The notes beneath the pieces are model-generated. The model made no database searches. It was not told where the DNA came from and worked only from the letters and a program-made list of their open reading frames with translations. This document shows positions 1 to 11,863 of a DNA stretch of 64,000 nucleotides, in pieces (the stretch's first letter is position 1; the number at the start of each line of letters is the position of its first letter). This DNA is from Takakia lepidozioides. Its lineage: Eukaryota > Plantae > Bryophyta. The position numbers were made by a program, and so were the translations under genes. Location: positions 34,348,001 to 34,412,000 of the forward strand of contig CM060731.1 in the NCBI GenBank assembly GCA_030704615.1. The letters are read 5' to 3'.

Positions 1-3000
1 GTACGAAGTGGCAATCAGCCCTGGGGGGAATGACAGACTCACCATGCCCTCATCTGGGTCCTCGTTCTCTGATGCGTACACTGCAATTGCAGATCTGACC
101 CACACTGTAAAGGGCTGCAGCTCCTCCATTGTTGTGGGGTACTCCACCGGGGATCTGCGCCTACGACCGCCCCTCCGCCATGCTTTTGCAAATGCACTCC
201 GTTCCGTTTTCAGGCGGACCTTCTCCGCTGCGTACTTTCTGGCAGAAACCAAATAGAAGCTGCAACTCAGTCCCCCTGACCAACACCGTGCTGTACATGC
301 ATGCCACATGCAGAGTGTGTGTCCTTTCAAGCACACTGTAGTGATGCAGCCTACTTCATAATCACTTGCAAGCAACAACCAAGATCTACGAAACACCCTC
401 TGTAGTCGTCTGAAGCACCCTGTTAGTACACGATCCCACTCCCATAGTGGCCGGAATGACTTGTGACAATATATATGTAATTCCAGCATACAAAGACCAT
501 TAAGAATAGCACAGGAGGGATGTAAGTTGGCACCCACTGTCTCCATGGTGTCATGGTTGTTGTGTTGTTCAGCACATAATCATGTGCCACATCCCGAAGG
601 CGCGGGCTCATGGCACGCTTTGTTCCACCACCTTCTAGGACCTCGCCTACAACTCCTTCTTCCTCGTTCTCGTCCCACACCCGTCGTTGTATTGCATCAA
701 ATGAAGACATATACTCTGTCATGAAGCCCAGGGCTTCGTCGCGGATGTAGCCCTCCGCCATACTCCCCTCTGGCCGTGCCATGTTGCGTACATACCCCTT
801 CAGATCCTTCATGTACCTCTCCATGGGGTACATCCACCGGCTGGCTACGGGCCCACACACATGCAACTCCTCTACAAGATGCACTAGCAAGTGCGTCATG
901 ACGTCAAAGAATGATGGAGGGAATTCTTTCTCCAGCAAACATAGGGTCATAGCCACATCCTCATGCAACGATGTAATGTCCCTCGGATCCCACACCTTCG
1001 CACAAATCTTCCTAAACACTCGACTTACACGCATTATGGCTGTTCGAGGACCTGGCGCCATCGTACCCCGAATGCACACTGGCAAAATCTGTTGCATCAT
1101 CACGTGTAGATCATGTGACTTCATCCCCGACCATTTCTTGTTTATGGCATGCTTTTGGAAAGCACCCGAGAATCCGGTTGGCACTTTCATGGCTCCCAAT
1201 GTCTTCAAAAAATCCTCTTGCTCTGATTTGGTCAGGACGTATGATGCTGCTGGCATGAGCACTTTGCCTGGTCTATTTGGATCAGGCCTTAGCCACAGAT
1301 GTGACCGTATCCCTTCAATCTCCATGTCCTTTCGTACGTTTATCGTATCCTTCTCCCCAAAGATAGTCTTCAGAATGTTCTCGCAGAAGTTCTTCTCACA
1401 ATGCATGGGGTCCAGGAGGTACCGCTGCAAGAGGTTCTGAAATGCCAAATGTCCTCCCATGAGACCAAGTTCTATGGGCAAAAAAAGTAGAATATGTGGC
1501 AGAAGTTGTCCATGTTACTACATTCTGCTTTCAACAACTCCACGATCCTCTCCACAGTGAGGTGTACGACTTCAACATCTACTGCATAGTAGTTACACTG
1601 ACTTAGGAGTTGGTGGAAGGACTCCTGACAGTAAAGGTAATTCCAGGAAGCACAATGTGAAAGAAAGTGAGTGAATGGGGGGGGGGGATTCATGCACCTT
1701 CCAGTATGGCAAATCCCAAAGGATTGTCCGGCGCTTCACCCCGTGCTCCATGGCTGGATCCGCACTACTTCCGTCTCTCCCTCCAATCTCCATGAACGCC
1801 TCTTTCTCCTTTGCAAATTGCAATGTCTCCTCCGGTGTCACAGCATTTGGTGCCATTCTCTTTTCAACACATCCATTGAAGTGCCTTCCTGCTCGTCGGT
1901 AGGGGTGGTTTCTTGCAAGGTAACGTCGATGCCCCATGTATATTGTCTTCCCTAGTGGCTTTGAGTGCCGTGAATCCACATAGGGCCCACAAATGGGGCA
2001 CCCTTTGTAGCCCTTCGTCTTGCAACCCGCAACAAGGCCATATGCGGGGAAATCGTGGATTGACCACATGAGTATGGCACGGAGGGTGAAACTCCGTTGC
2101 CCTACTGGTTTCAAAATGTCGTAAGCTTCAACTCCAATCCATAGTTCCTGTAGCTCTTCAATCAATGGTTGCAAATACACATCTATGTTTGCATTTGTCA
2201 CGGACTCCTTGCCTGGAATCAAGAGAGACAACATGACAAAGAATTTCTTTGTTGTCAACCATGGTGGCAGGTTGTATGCCACCAACTGCACGGGCCATGT
2301 GGACCATGTGCAACTCTTTGATCCGTATGGGTTTACTCCATCCGTAGATACAGCCAATCGCACATTGCGTGGGTCCTCGGCAAAATCGGGCCAAGTTGCA
2401 TCTATATGCTTCCATGCAAGGGAATCTGGGACATGCCTTACCAAACCATCGTTTGAGGCATTCCTGGAATGCCAAGTCATGAGCTCACTAATGGTCTTGC
2501 ATTTGTACATTCGTAATAGACGGGGGATAAGGGGAAAGTGCCTCAACACCTTGGCTGGCTGTTGTAACCTGCCCACATCATGGTATCGGGCTGCACCGCA
2601 TTTGGGGCACTCCATAGCATCCTTGTACTCTCTTCTGAAAAGTACATGTCCTTTTGGACATGCATGTATTTTCACGTAGTTGAGGCCGAGCTTCCCAATC
2701 ATTTGGTTGGCCATGTGACAGCTTTTTGGCATTTCATTTGGTTGTGGAAGCAAGTTCAGCCGAAGCAAAGAGAACAACTCGTCCACAAAATGGTCTGAGA
2801 CACCGTGGGTTGTGCACAGGTTCATCAACAGCATGGTGGCAGCAAGCTTTGTGGATTTGCATCCCTCGTACAGTGGCACACATGCTTCTTCTAGTGTCAT
2901 GTGTGCAGAATTCAATTCTCCATCTCCACCTCCTTCCACGCCTTCCCCCACGTGAATGCCTTCATTTCCTGCGTCATCACCATCCCCAGTTGTCGCAGCG

Positions 3001-3428
3001 CCGTCCCCCTCTTCAGCATCGTCCATGATGTGGAATGCTTCCTGCAACATTCGAGTAATCTCCACCCCTCCGTCCATGCCTGGTTCATGTCCTGCGCCCA
3101 TGACATAGTCCTCGTCTGGCCTGTCTGTATGGCTCCCTCGGGGGTGTGCATTGTCCAATTGTGCCCACTCCTCATCGTCTTCGTCTGCAGGTCCATCTCC
3201 AATCCACACCCGAAATGCTTCATGTCTTTTGTGGTGAAGGAGATGTGTGCGCACACCGTCCTCAGATCTACTTGTAGTGCCCAAACAACGTTCACATGGG
3301 CATGGCATCCTTGAAAGCCCAAGGGCTCGGGCACGTGCCACTTCTCTTTCCCACAACCTGTCATCTCGGGTGTTCTGTCTACAGGGGTGATTAATTGGAA
3401 GTCCTCCGCATGGGCGAGGGGAACTCAT
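1..3428 (-). CDS. CACTA transposase (TnpD/TNP2; Transposase_21 + DUF4218-type regions), spliced, runs off window
   Basis: Motifs IHACPKGHVLF, C-x2-C, LRHFPLIPRL, DPRNVRLAVSTDGVNP, YNLPPW, WSIHDFPAYG, LDPMHCEKN, GMKSHDLH, RWMYPMER, PEGSMAEGY. GT-AG intron 1697-1437 joins LPYWK to NLLQRYLLDPMH. A further exon starts near 238 with one apparent frameshift near 170. Confidence 0.95.
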
Positions 3429-5136
3429 TTTTGTTGGGGAGCCTCTTCAATGCTGTTTGTGCACGCCGTTGCAGGGGGCCGGATTCTCCTTTGCAGAGAT
3501 TCCTCAATTTGGCTCTGCCACTCCCATTTCACTACCGTCAATTCCCTCCTCCTGCAATCTCAATTTGAAAGGTTCAGCCGCACATCCTTTGGCAGAGAAG
3601 ACAGTTGACATTTTATACCAACCGGTAGATTCCACAACATGATGAAAAGTTACACTCAACAGCAAACCATTTAAAAGCCATCACGATGCTTCCCATCATA
3701 ACTAGAATCTTTTCAACAAGACACTGAGAGAAATGACCAAAATCGACTCAAACAACGACATCCTGGAAAACGACCTGTCTCTACAGTTCGTGTGTGTGTG
3801 AGGAATCGGAGGACGTACGTGGAATTTCAATTTTCACGATTGACGACGTTGTGATCTTGGGCATATGGTTGAATGTGTATGAAATGTGTGCATTGAAGTG
3901 TGAACAACCTGACTACAAGGCCAGAACCTGCGCCACTTGTCTTAGGCCATCTCCAAATCACGTTTCGGCGGACAATCCCGTTCCGTTGCCGTGAAATTGC
4001 ACCGTGGCGGGAAGGGAGTCCATTTGTGTGGCTCTATCACCATGGCGGGAAGGGGAGCATGTTAAAAATGGAGCATCGCCCTGCCACTTCACTCATTTGC
4101 TGTTTGCAGCTTCTTCCACCATCTTTCTTACTTAATTCTGATTCTTGCAATGCTGCCCTTGAGACGGCAACTGCAAGTGACCGGATCCTTTGATCGTCGC
4201 ATTCAAAGACACTTACGTGTAGCAGATCGCAGACCCCCAAATGCCTGGAGAGAAAGCCAGAGGGCAGTCAATGCATGCACGGTTGTTTTGCACTGGTTGG
4301 GACGGAGTGGGGTGCAGAGGAGGCGTGCTGTGCCCGAGTTCGCATGCCTAGCATCCTGCAGCCGGCGGCTTTTGCACGTTGGGCAGCAGTACCCTCTGCT
4401 GTATGATTACCATTTGTGGTACAGACTCACCGGCCTCCCCTGTCCACTTGGGTCTTGGGACAGCGACTTATGGAGTATGTAGACAGAGTTGCATGTCGCG
4501 CAGGTACACCAAAATCTCCCATGTAACATAAACCCATTTCTCATTCATGCTTGCATGTGATCCACGGGGTAATTTCCATGTTCTCCCAGCTGATGTGGGT
4601 TCGCAAATTCTCGGTGTGTAGGTGTGTGTGTGAGGACCTCAACCTGGCATGGTGCGATGGGTGTCGAATGGACCCTTCTCTGCGATGGGAGAACCACTAC
4701 AGTTGAGTTTGTTTTTGCTGAATCATTTGGCAGAGCACTGTGTTCACTTCTCACACATCATGCGCATTTTCTCCAAGAATGCATGTAAAGCGGAGCCATA
4801 CACGGCATCATTGCAGTGTGTTTCCTTCGCCTAATTTTGAACGAAAAAAAGTTAACGGATCCATGTCAGTTGTGTGAATCACTACATCTAGTTGTCTGGA
4901 GGATTGTAAGTGGTTTAGGGTTTAACGTCTCAAAGTCGAAAAGGCCATAGTGTCGGATGCACGACACGTGTTCATATTTGAAATCAACAACGGATCTTCA
5001 CTACAGATCGGGGGGGTGTGTGATCACACTCCCCTCCTTGTCCTTCTTTCCTCCTTTGCATGTCTTGGTCTTCCTCGCTCGTCTTTGTCTTGGTCATGGT
5101 CTATGTCCTCGCTCGTCTTCATCTTTGTCATGGTCT

Positions 5137-8100
5137 ATGTCCACGCCTAGTAAGAAGCGCTCGACCGCCGAGGCAGCATCACCTCCTCCCACTTCTGCAC
5201 ATTCCAGCCCCGCGGTGCGAAGGAGCCCCCGCCTGGCTCGACTGAATCCGGTACAGATGGCGTCGGTGCGAGAGGGAAGGCAGAGCGGTGGGCGGTCTTC
5301 GAGTTCGGATTTTGACACAAGCGAGTATAGCATGGGCGACGACGATGAGGTGGAGGACAGTTCGGAGGAAATTGCACCTCCATCTGCAGAGTCTCTCCAA
5401 AAGGTGCGCAAACGGCACAAAACCGCTGCGCATGAGGTGAGTTCTACCCCTACTTGTGTTCTTGTTTTCTGGGCGTTGAGTTCTCCTGAAACTGAAACTG
5501 GGATGCACATATCCACAAAGTTGTTCAAACGGATGTCGTAGTATACAGGGCAGTAGAAGAAGAAGTGTTCTTCAGTTTCAATTTCCTTGCTGCGCCCTAT
5601 GCAAGCTGGACATAGGCGGTCCTCCCGTTGCAGGTTTTCCCATCTGCCAGTCTCTATCCGTAGGTTGTGGGAACCCACCCTGAACCGCCCCAATGCCCTC
5701 AAGAGGGAAGGAGGTAAGGGTGCTGAAAGGTAATTTGGTCTGAAGATTATATCATCGCGGAGCACCAAGAATGTCTCTCGATAGAAGTGGAGCTTTGTTG
5801 TGAGATTGGGTAGCATCCAAGTTCTCTTGACATGTAATTCCATAAGCTCTCTCCGAATGAGTCTGTTGCGGTCATGTCTGGATGTGATGTCCACCTCATG
5901 TGGGTTCATTGGTAATAGGAAAGCAGTAGAAAGTCCGTTACGTTTCAATAAACTGTCCACTCGAGCATACCAGGAGTTCCCGAAACCTGCAGCTTTGAGC
6001 CTCATAGATGTTGTGAGGGCCCTTGCCACTAGCCCTTTGGGTGGAAGGGCCTGCAATCTATGGAGAAAGATTGTAAGCCTGAACTGTGCCTCGGATTGCA
6101 ATGGTACACATGCGAACTCTGCACCTAGGATCTGAGATGGAGTTGTGCTCCTGGCGCCAAGCATTGCTTGGAGAAAAGATGACTGTAATGGTTCCAAATT
6201 CTTTTCCCACCAGGAGACAGGGACACCAGGTGCCCAAAACTCACAACCATTGATGGTAGCAGGGCTGACGACGGTGTCAAACAACCACTTTTTGGTCGGG
6301 GGATGCCGCAGATGTATTTGCTTGCATTTGGCGTGAAGGCGGACGGAGGCCGCCTTACCTTTAGTCAATCTGTCCAAGGCAGTGGCTGCAAAGTGAAACT
6401 TGGGGGAGTGGATAACCAGACCTAGGTACCGGTATGATTTGACAATCTCAATTTCCTGCTGGTTGAAGATGAATCTACGATCAGCCTGGCCATTGAAGAC
6501 CATGATCTTGGTCTTGCTAAGATTGACTTGCATCCCATAGTCTTTGCAGAACTGTTCCAAAATTTTGATATGGCGTTGCAGAAAGACCGGGGATTGTGCC
6601 AAAAGGGCAACATCATCAGCGTAGAGGAGATCTGATTGGGCAGAAAATGAAGTTAGGCAGAAAACATCCCTGAACATGTTTTCAATTTGTGTCATGGGGG
6701 AGGACATCGTGGAAAAACCTTCAGGTCTACCACTGTGTGCAGAGGGACTAGTTTTTAGGTCAAGGAAATGTTGCTTTGTCACGTCATTGCACCTGCGTTG
6801 GAGTACGCATTTGCTATATGCGTTGATAACTCCAACGAGGCTAGGTCTGCAATATCCTTTCAATTGAATTGTGTCTGCACCTGTGTTTACCAACATTGAG
6901 AGTCTTTAGGCCTTTTGGGGCTCCGTTGCTGGGCTCCGCCATACAGCCATTTGCTGATTGTGTGAATAGATGTCCACTGGATATGTGCAAAACCCGGATG
7001 GATGTTCTGTTTCCTGGTAAGTTTCATGTGGTACTGATGTGAACCCGCCCACATTCTGTTTCTTCACCAATGAATGGGCTTACATGTTATGAGGACATTC
7101 TGTCCCTCTCCTTTTCAGTTTTTGGCACTTTGCGCTGCAGGGGAGTGGGTTTGAGGTCAGCCAATCCATAGTTGTGGTTGTGGGATGGTTTGTGCTCTGG
7201 TGACGTTGTGTTCAGTAGGACTACAGCTGATGCACCTTGTGTGTGGGATGTTTTTGGCAGCGGAAGGGGAGTGAAGCTGCAGCAAAGCACTCACAGCCAC
7301 CACACAATGCCAACCAACACCAACCTTGGCACCCACCCCCTGCCGGATGGTCTCCACAACAGAGTGCACCATGGGGAGCCCCCCCTGCTTCGGGGTCGTG
7401 GCGCTGGCTTCCTGATGTTGCCACGTCACAATGGGGGCCTCCCACATCTCCATACGGCCCTCCCCCCTCCGGCACACATCAGTCACCCCCCACAACGTAT
7501 GACGGCGCTGCTCCAGAGCATGGGGGCAGGAAACGGACATCAGAGCTGAGGAAGGAACGACGTCATGCCATGAAACAATGGGAAGGAGATGGAGAGGGAA
7601 AGGGTGGCTGCAGGGCTAAAGCGCCACAAGGTGGAGGTGCATGGAAATGGAGTCATCAATGCTGGCTGCGAAGGTAAGGAACACTGGCAGCGTGATTTGC
7701 GTGGCCTGGCATTGCGTTACCTTGACTCAAGCGTACAAGACATTGACCAGCAGTCCCAGAGTGCCATGTCAACAGTAATAGAGGGCATAAATGGAATGTA
7801 CGAGTACACACCTATCCCTGCCAATCGTGATTTTATAGTGAAGCAATGTGGGAAGATAATGAAAGGAGAAAGAGCAAAACTGAAAGATAAATGGGCGAAG
7901 ACTGGTGTGAGGCCAATGAACACTGAACCCGCCTATTGGGATAAGCTTGTTGCCTACTGGGAGTCCCCTCGTGGACTTGCAAAGGCTGAAGGGATGAAGC
8001 AAGCGCGTGCTTGTGTCACGAACCCCTCGCGTTGGGGCCGGGCAGGAGTTGCAGGCCAAGCAGCCCGTTTGGTAATCTCCCTCACCCCCTTCTCATTGCT

Positions 8101-10736
8101 CTTACGTTGTGGCATGTTCTGATGGAAGAGACACCCACGAGTGGGTTTTATTGCTTGTGCAGAATTAGTTGTTATGTGATATGCAGGGCAGTGCTTTGTC
8201 CATATGCTCCTGGCATTTTGTACTGACAGTGTGTGGATGGGCAAATACAGAAAAGACGCAAAGCGCGGAGCCCGTCACTGTCCGAGCTCGGGGCGGAGTG
8301 CAAGAACGCTGCGACTGGCACCCCATCAGAGTCTGTTTTGAGCCAGGTATGTTTTGAAGTCCGGTTTCCATTCATGAATCTGTTGTTGTACTAAGATTTG
8401 GTGGGTATGTGGGGCCCCCACGCATGGTACACGAGGGGTGTTATGCCAAACCTAGCCATCTCCGAATGCCTGAAATCCTGCACATTCGGCCTCTTCTTCT
8501 GGTTTTTAACAGTACGGGTGGGTGTTTGTATGCGTAGGGAGCGGGGAACTCAATGGCAGCCCGCATCGGGGCCCTGGAGAGGCTTGCGGCTCTCTCTGCG
8601 GAGCGGGAGAGGGGAATGGAAGCACAACTGAAGAAGATAGTGGAACTCATGATGGGGCAAAAAGGGGGTGTGACGGGTGGCATTATGGAAGACCCCCCTG
8701 CTGCGACCATTGTACCTGACAAGGAGGAAGTAATTGTAGTGGGTAGGGATGTGACAGAGGTCCGGGCTGTTGTTGATGATATTCACAGTGGGGGGCAGGG
8801 TCCACTCGTTGAAGAGGGAGAGGTCCAGCAAGTTGGTGGGGATGACATGGACGATGGGGGGGTCATTGCTCATGATGGGGGAAAAGGGGAAGCTGTAGGG
8901 GGAGAGGGTGGTAGTTTGCCTGGTCCAGGCTGCAGGGGGACCAAAACTTTGCCCTCCGGGGTGACTGTTGTCTTCCAACCCACTGAGGTGAGACCCCGTG
9001 ACACCCCTTCAAAAGCTCCTTTCATAGAAAAGCCAAAACTAATTGTTCTAGACCTGAATGGGATCCTGTGCCACTCTATTCCTAACTTTCAGCCCAACCC
9101 GAGGCGTCATTGGCCATGGGTGTTGACCACCAACAAGTATGTTTTCCCAAGGCCCCAGGTCTGCGAGTTTTTAAACCTTCTTTTCCGGTATTTCTACGTT
9201 GGGATATGGTCCTGTGCTTCCAAGGGGAATGTTGCAGACATCTTCAAAGTGGTCATGCAGGGGGTCAAGGGTTCTCCCCTCTTTGTGTGGTCACAAGAGG
9301 AGTGTGACCCCTTGACAGAGCCACACCCCACAAAAGGGCCTGCCGTACAGAACTTACAGAAGAGACTGTCGAGGGTGTGGTCAGAATTTTCTGGATTTAA
9401 CGAATCCAACACCCTCCTAGTGGATGATTCACCACACAAGGGGAGGGGGAACTCCCCTTTGAACATGGTCCATCCATTGTCATTTGATGTCACTGGCAAT
9501 GTCAGTGAGGGGCCCGATTCAGACTACCTTTTAGAAACAGTCTGGCCCTACTGCCAAGATTTGTTTTGCTCCAAGGATGTGCGTGTCTTCACAAGCACGC
9601 GGAAGCTGACCCCGACTGGCAGCTTGAATGTGGGAGAGGATGGGGTCGTTGGGGGAAGTACTTCTGCGCCCATGCAGGTGAAACTAACCTTACTGTTTGC
9701 AACATGACATCGAAGCCAAAGTCCATGTTTGTTTTGTTCCCCCCGGATGCCCTCTCACGCAAGGCTGGCACTATATGTTTTGCAGGGACCACATGTACAG
9801 GGAGTGGCAGTGGGGTCGAATGTGAAGAAGGTGGGTCCTGCGCCTACGACCATAGTGCTACGGCGGCAGCATTCCGGATTCCCCCCCCGGCATGAGGAGG
9901 CAGCGCCCAAGGTATGGTTGTTCCCAGCCCCTCTCCGCAAACCTACTTGGTTGGTTTCCTTTATGGATACACTTCCTGAAGCGTTGCAATGTGTATTCAT
10001 TGCAGGTGAGCAAGAGGAGTGGGTTGTCCCCGACACCATCATCGCAGCAGGACGTGGTTCCCCAGGCATGCATTCATGGCTCCTTGCTTTGCCTGGCTGG
10101 TTTTTAGTAGGGTTATTTTTGCCAGGAAGTTGTAGTGCTAGGGTCTGAGCAGGGTGTTTGTTAGCTTGCTCCGTGGAGGTGTGTTTATACCATTGCAACC
10201 ACCAGAGTTCATGTTATTCTTATCCGTCTGACTAAACCTCTTTTTGCTGCTGCAGTTGAAGACACGTGGGCAGTTTTCCTCAGTTGCCACCCTCAGCGAC
10301 GAGCTTCGCTTCAAGGTACGTTGGTACACCGTGAATTGGCTGCTGATTCAGTATTGTGGCAACCAAGATCGTTTCCATGCCCAGCTGCGCTTGACTTTCA
10401 CCCTGTCATTGCTATGTTTGTTGCTGAGTGGACCCTGATGTTGGTGTCTGCAGATATCAGATCTTGTGTTTCTCCTGAACCCCCATGACAAGCGGTCAAA
10501 GACAGCCGCCGCCAAGGCGGAAGTGGTGGGAATAGCTGGGGTTGACAAGTTCCACTGCAAGGACATTCGATCCGGGTGGTACAAGGTGAAAGTCCACGAG
10601 ATCATGCTTCCAAGTGTTACATTGCCTTGCCCAAATGTGGACGATGCCCCCCCCCCATACCACACTAGCGCACGTGAAAGGCACGATGACTCTGTGGCCA
10701 GAGAAGAGTATGAGGAAAGGTGAAAGTATCAAGTGA
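5137..10736 (+). CDS. TnpA-like accessory gene of CACTA-1 with embedded FCP1/NIF HAD-phosphatase domain (multi-exon; 2 apparent frameshifts)
   Basis: Exon 5137-5436 (MSTPSKKR...AAHE|gtgag). Exon from ~7261 is P/G/W-rich, then Transposase_24-like (YWDKLVAYWES...SRWGRAG...ARL|gtaat). Exon 8538-9677 holds a coiled coil plus the HAD domain. Last exon 10454-10736 is Tnp1/En-Spm-like (VFLLNP...FHCKDIRSGWYKVKVHEI...LPCPN...TLWP). Small internal exons are approximate. Confidence 0.75.
5530..6632 (-). mobile_element. Fragment of an RTE-X-like non-LTR retrotransposon (RT C-terminal part + CCHC knuckle) inside intron 1 of the TnpA-like gene
   Basis: LLYADDVALLA, GMQVNLSKTKIMVF, YRYLG, RFRVGSHNLRIETGRW...REDRLCPAC...ETEEHFFFYCPVY. 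No endonuclease, no 3' tail or TSD seen; boundaries approximate. Confidence 0.8.
9030..9610 (+). other. FCP1/SCP-like (NIF) HAD phosphatase domain in CACTA-1 TnpA
   Basis: KPKLIVLDLNGILCH (motif I, Asp at 9051), FPRPQVCEFL, VGIWSCA (II), LFVWSQEEC, KRLSRVW (III), NTLLVDDSPHK (IV); open frame throughout. Confidence 0.9.
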
Positions 10737-11863
10737 CATTTCATGTTTGTAGTCCCTGTTGGGTGTGTAATGATACTCATAGAAGTGTGTATGATACTCA
10801 CGTTACCAGTTTTGAACATTTGGGCCATGACAGTTTAAGTGATGTCCGGCAACCATGTATGTTGGCATTTAGTCTTGCTCATATGCAGGTGTGCCGTGAC
10901 GGTCTCTAATTTGAATGTAATATCACATTTCCTGACTTGTCGTCGTGTCCGTCCATCTTCTATGTGTATGTGTGATGGTCTTTGGTCTCCCTGTTGCCTC
11001 GTCTATTTGGTTCATTAGCGTGATGTTGTGCATGCATCGTGGTCTGTGTTCTCAGTCTCGCCCAGTATCATTGCTTCTCAATTCCCCCTGCATATGGGTG
11101 AACCACTAAAACCAGTAGAATGCATCAGAACCATATTTTCAGCTTAGAATGCAGGTCAGTTGGAAACTCACACAAACCACTACAAGTGCTCATTTTTCGT
11201 GCTTTCCTACTGTAGTGCAACCAACTAGTACAGTGGCAGCGGAGTTGGCCAAAGCAGTCCCGAGATGGCACAGACACTCTACGTCTTTCCACTAGCAGTC
11301 GTACCCGTCATTGCCATTGCGTGGGGACGACGCCACGCGTCGACCCACACACTCTCCACGTGGTCCCCGTGGATTCGTCTGCCGGAAGTTGTGCAGTTGA
11401 CTTCGCCAGTGGCTGTTGCGACGTCACATGCAGCACTCCAAGTGATGTGGCCGACTGCGATGTGGCGTCTTGGGGCCGTTGCCACGCGGCAGCATTGCCG
11501 CTCGTCGTGGCGCCGCCACATCGGCATCCACGTCCGCATCCACGTCCGCGTCCATGTGTCACCGCGCCCCGGGTGAGTCAGTCCACTCATCCGGAGGGAA
11601 AAGTCAAAGTCAGCCCAAAAGGTCAAACACACGGGCGGCCCGCCTGGTTACGCCACGTGGTTCTTCAACATTAATCGCATTAATCGCTGAGCAGTTGTTC
11701 ACGCGTCTGCGTCCTTTACCACTCCAATCATTGGATGTCCAACCCAACTACCATGTCTGTTGTAACTAGTCTGTTGTAACTTCCAGTCGATCCCAGTTTT
11801 TTGACTTTTACGACTCAAAATGAGTCGTTACCCCAGTGGTAAATGACACAAATGCTTCTAGTG

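Larger units (their letters stand above)
1..11863. mobile_element. CACTA/EnSpm DNA transposon 'CACTA-1' (left end outside window), inserted in the 5' LTR of the Tcn1-like gypsy element
   Basis: Ends in ...aatgcttcTAGTG at 11863 (reverse complement CACTAGAAGCATTTGTGTCATTTACCACT). Sequence from 11864 (aagctt...ggaggaaacttctccatcaag) resumes in the middle of the LTR seen intact at 24615-25279. Contains a Transposase_21-type gene and a TnpA-like gene. Confidence 0.92.

Noticed and set aside
781-2679. Plus-strand ORFs of 164-219 aa over the transposase
   Set aside because: Antisense shadows of the TnpD coding frame.
5072-5142. 34-bp tandem duplication containing the TnpA ATG
   Set aside because: Real but most simply a local slippage duplication; no evidence of function.
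5094-6896. 600-aa ORF as an autonomous reverse transcriptase gene
   Set aside because: Lacks the endonuclease and the RT motifs upstream of YADD; both ends of the ORF are non-homologous read-through.
7430-7505. PTSPYGPPPSGTHQSPPTTY as a Pol II CTD heptad mimic
   Set aside because: No repeated YSPTSPS register and not conserved in CACTA-2; explained by low-complexity composition.
8553-9707. HAD ORF as an independent host gene between transposons
   Set aside because: It is bounded by splice sites, flanked by TnpA-type exons, lies inside the CACTA end, and is mirrored inside the TIR-bounded CACTA-2.
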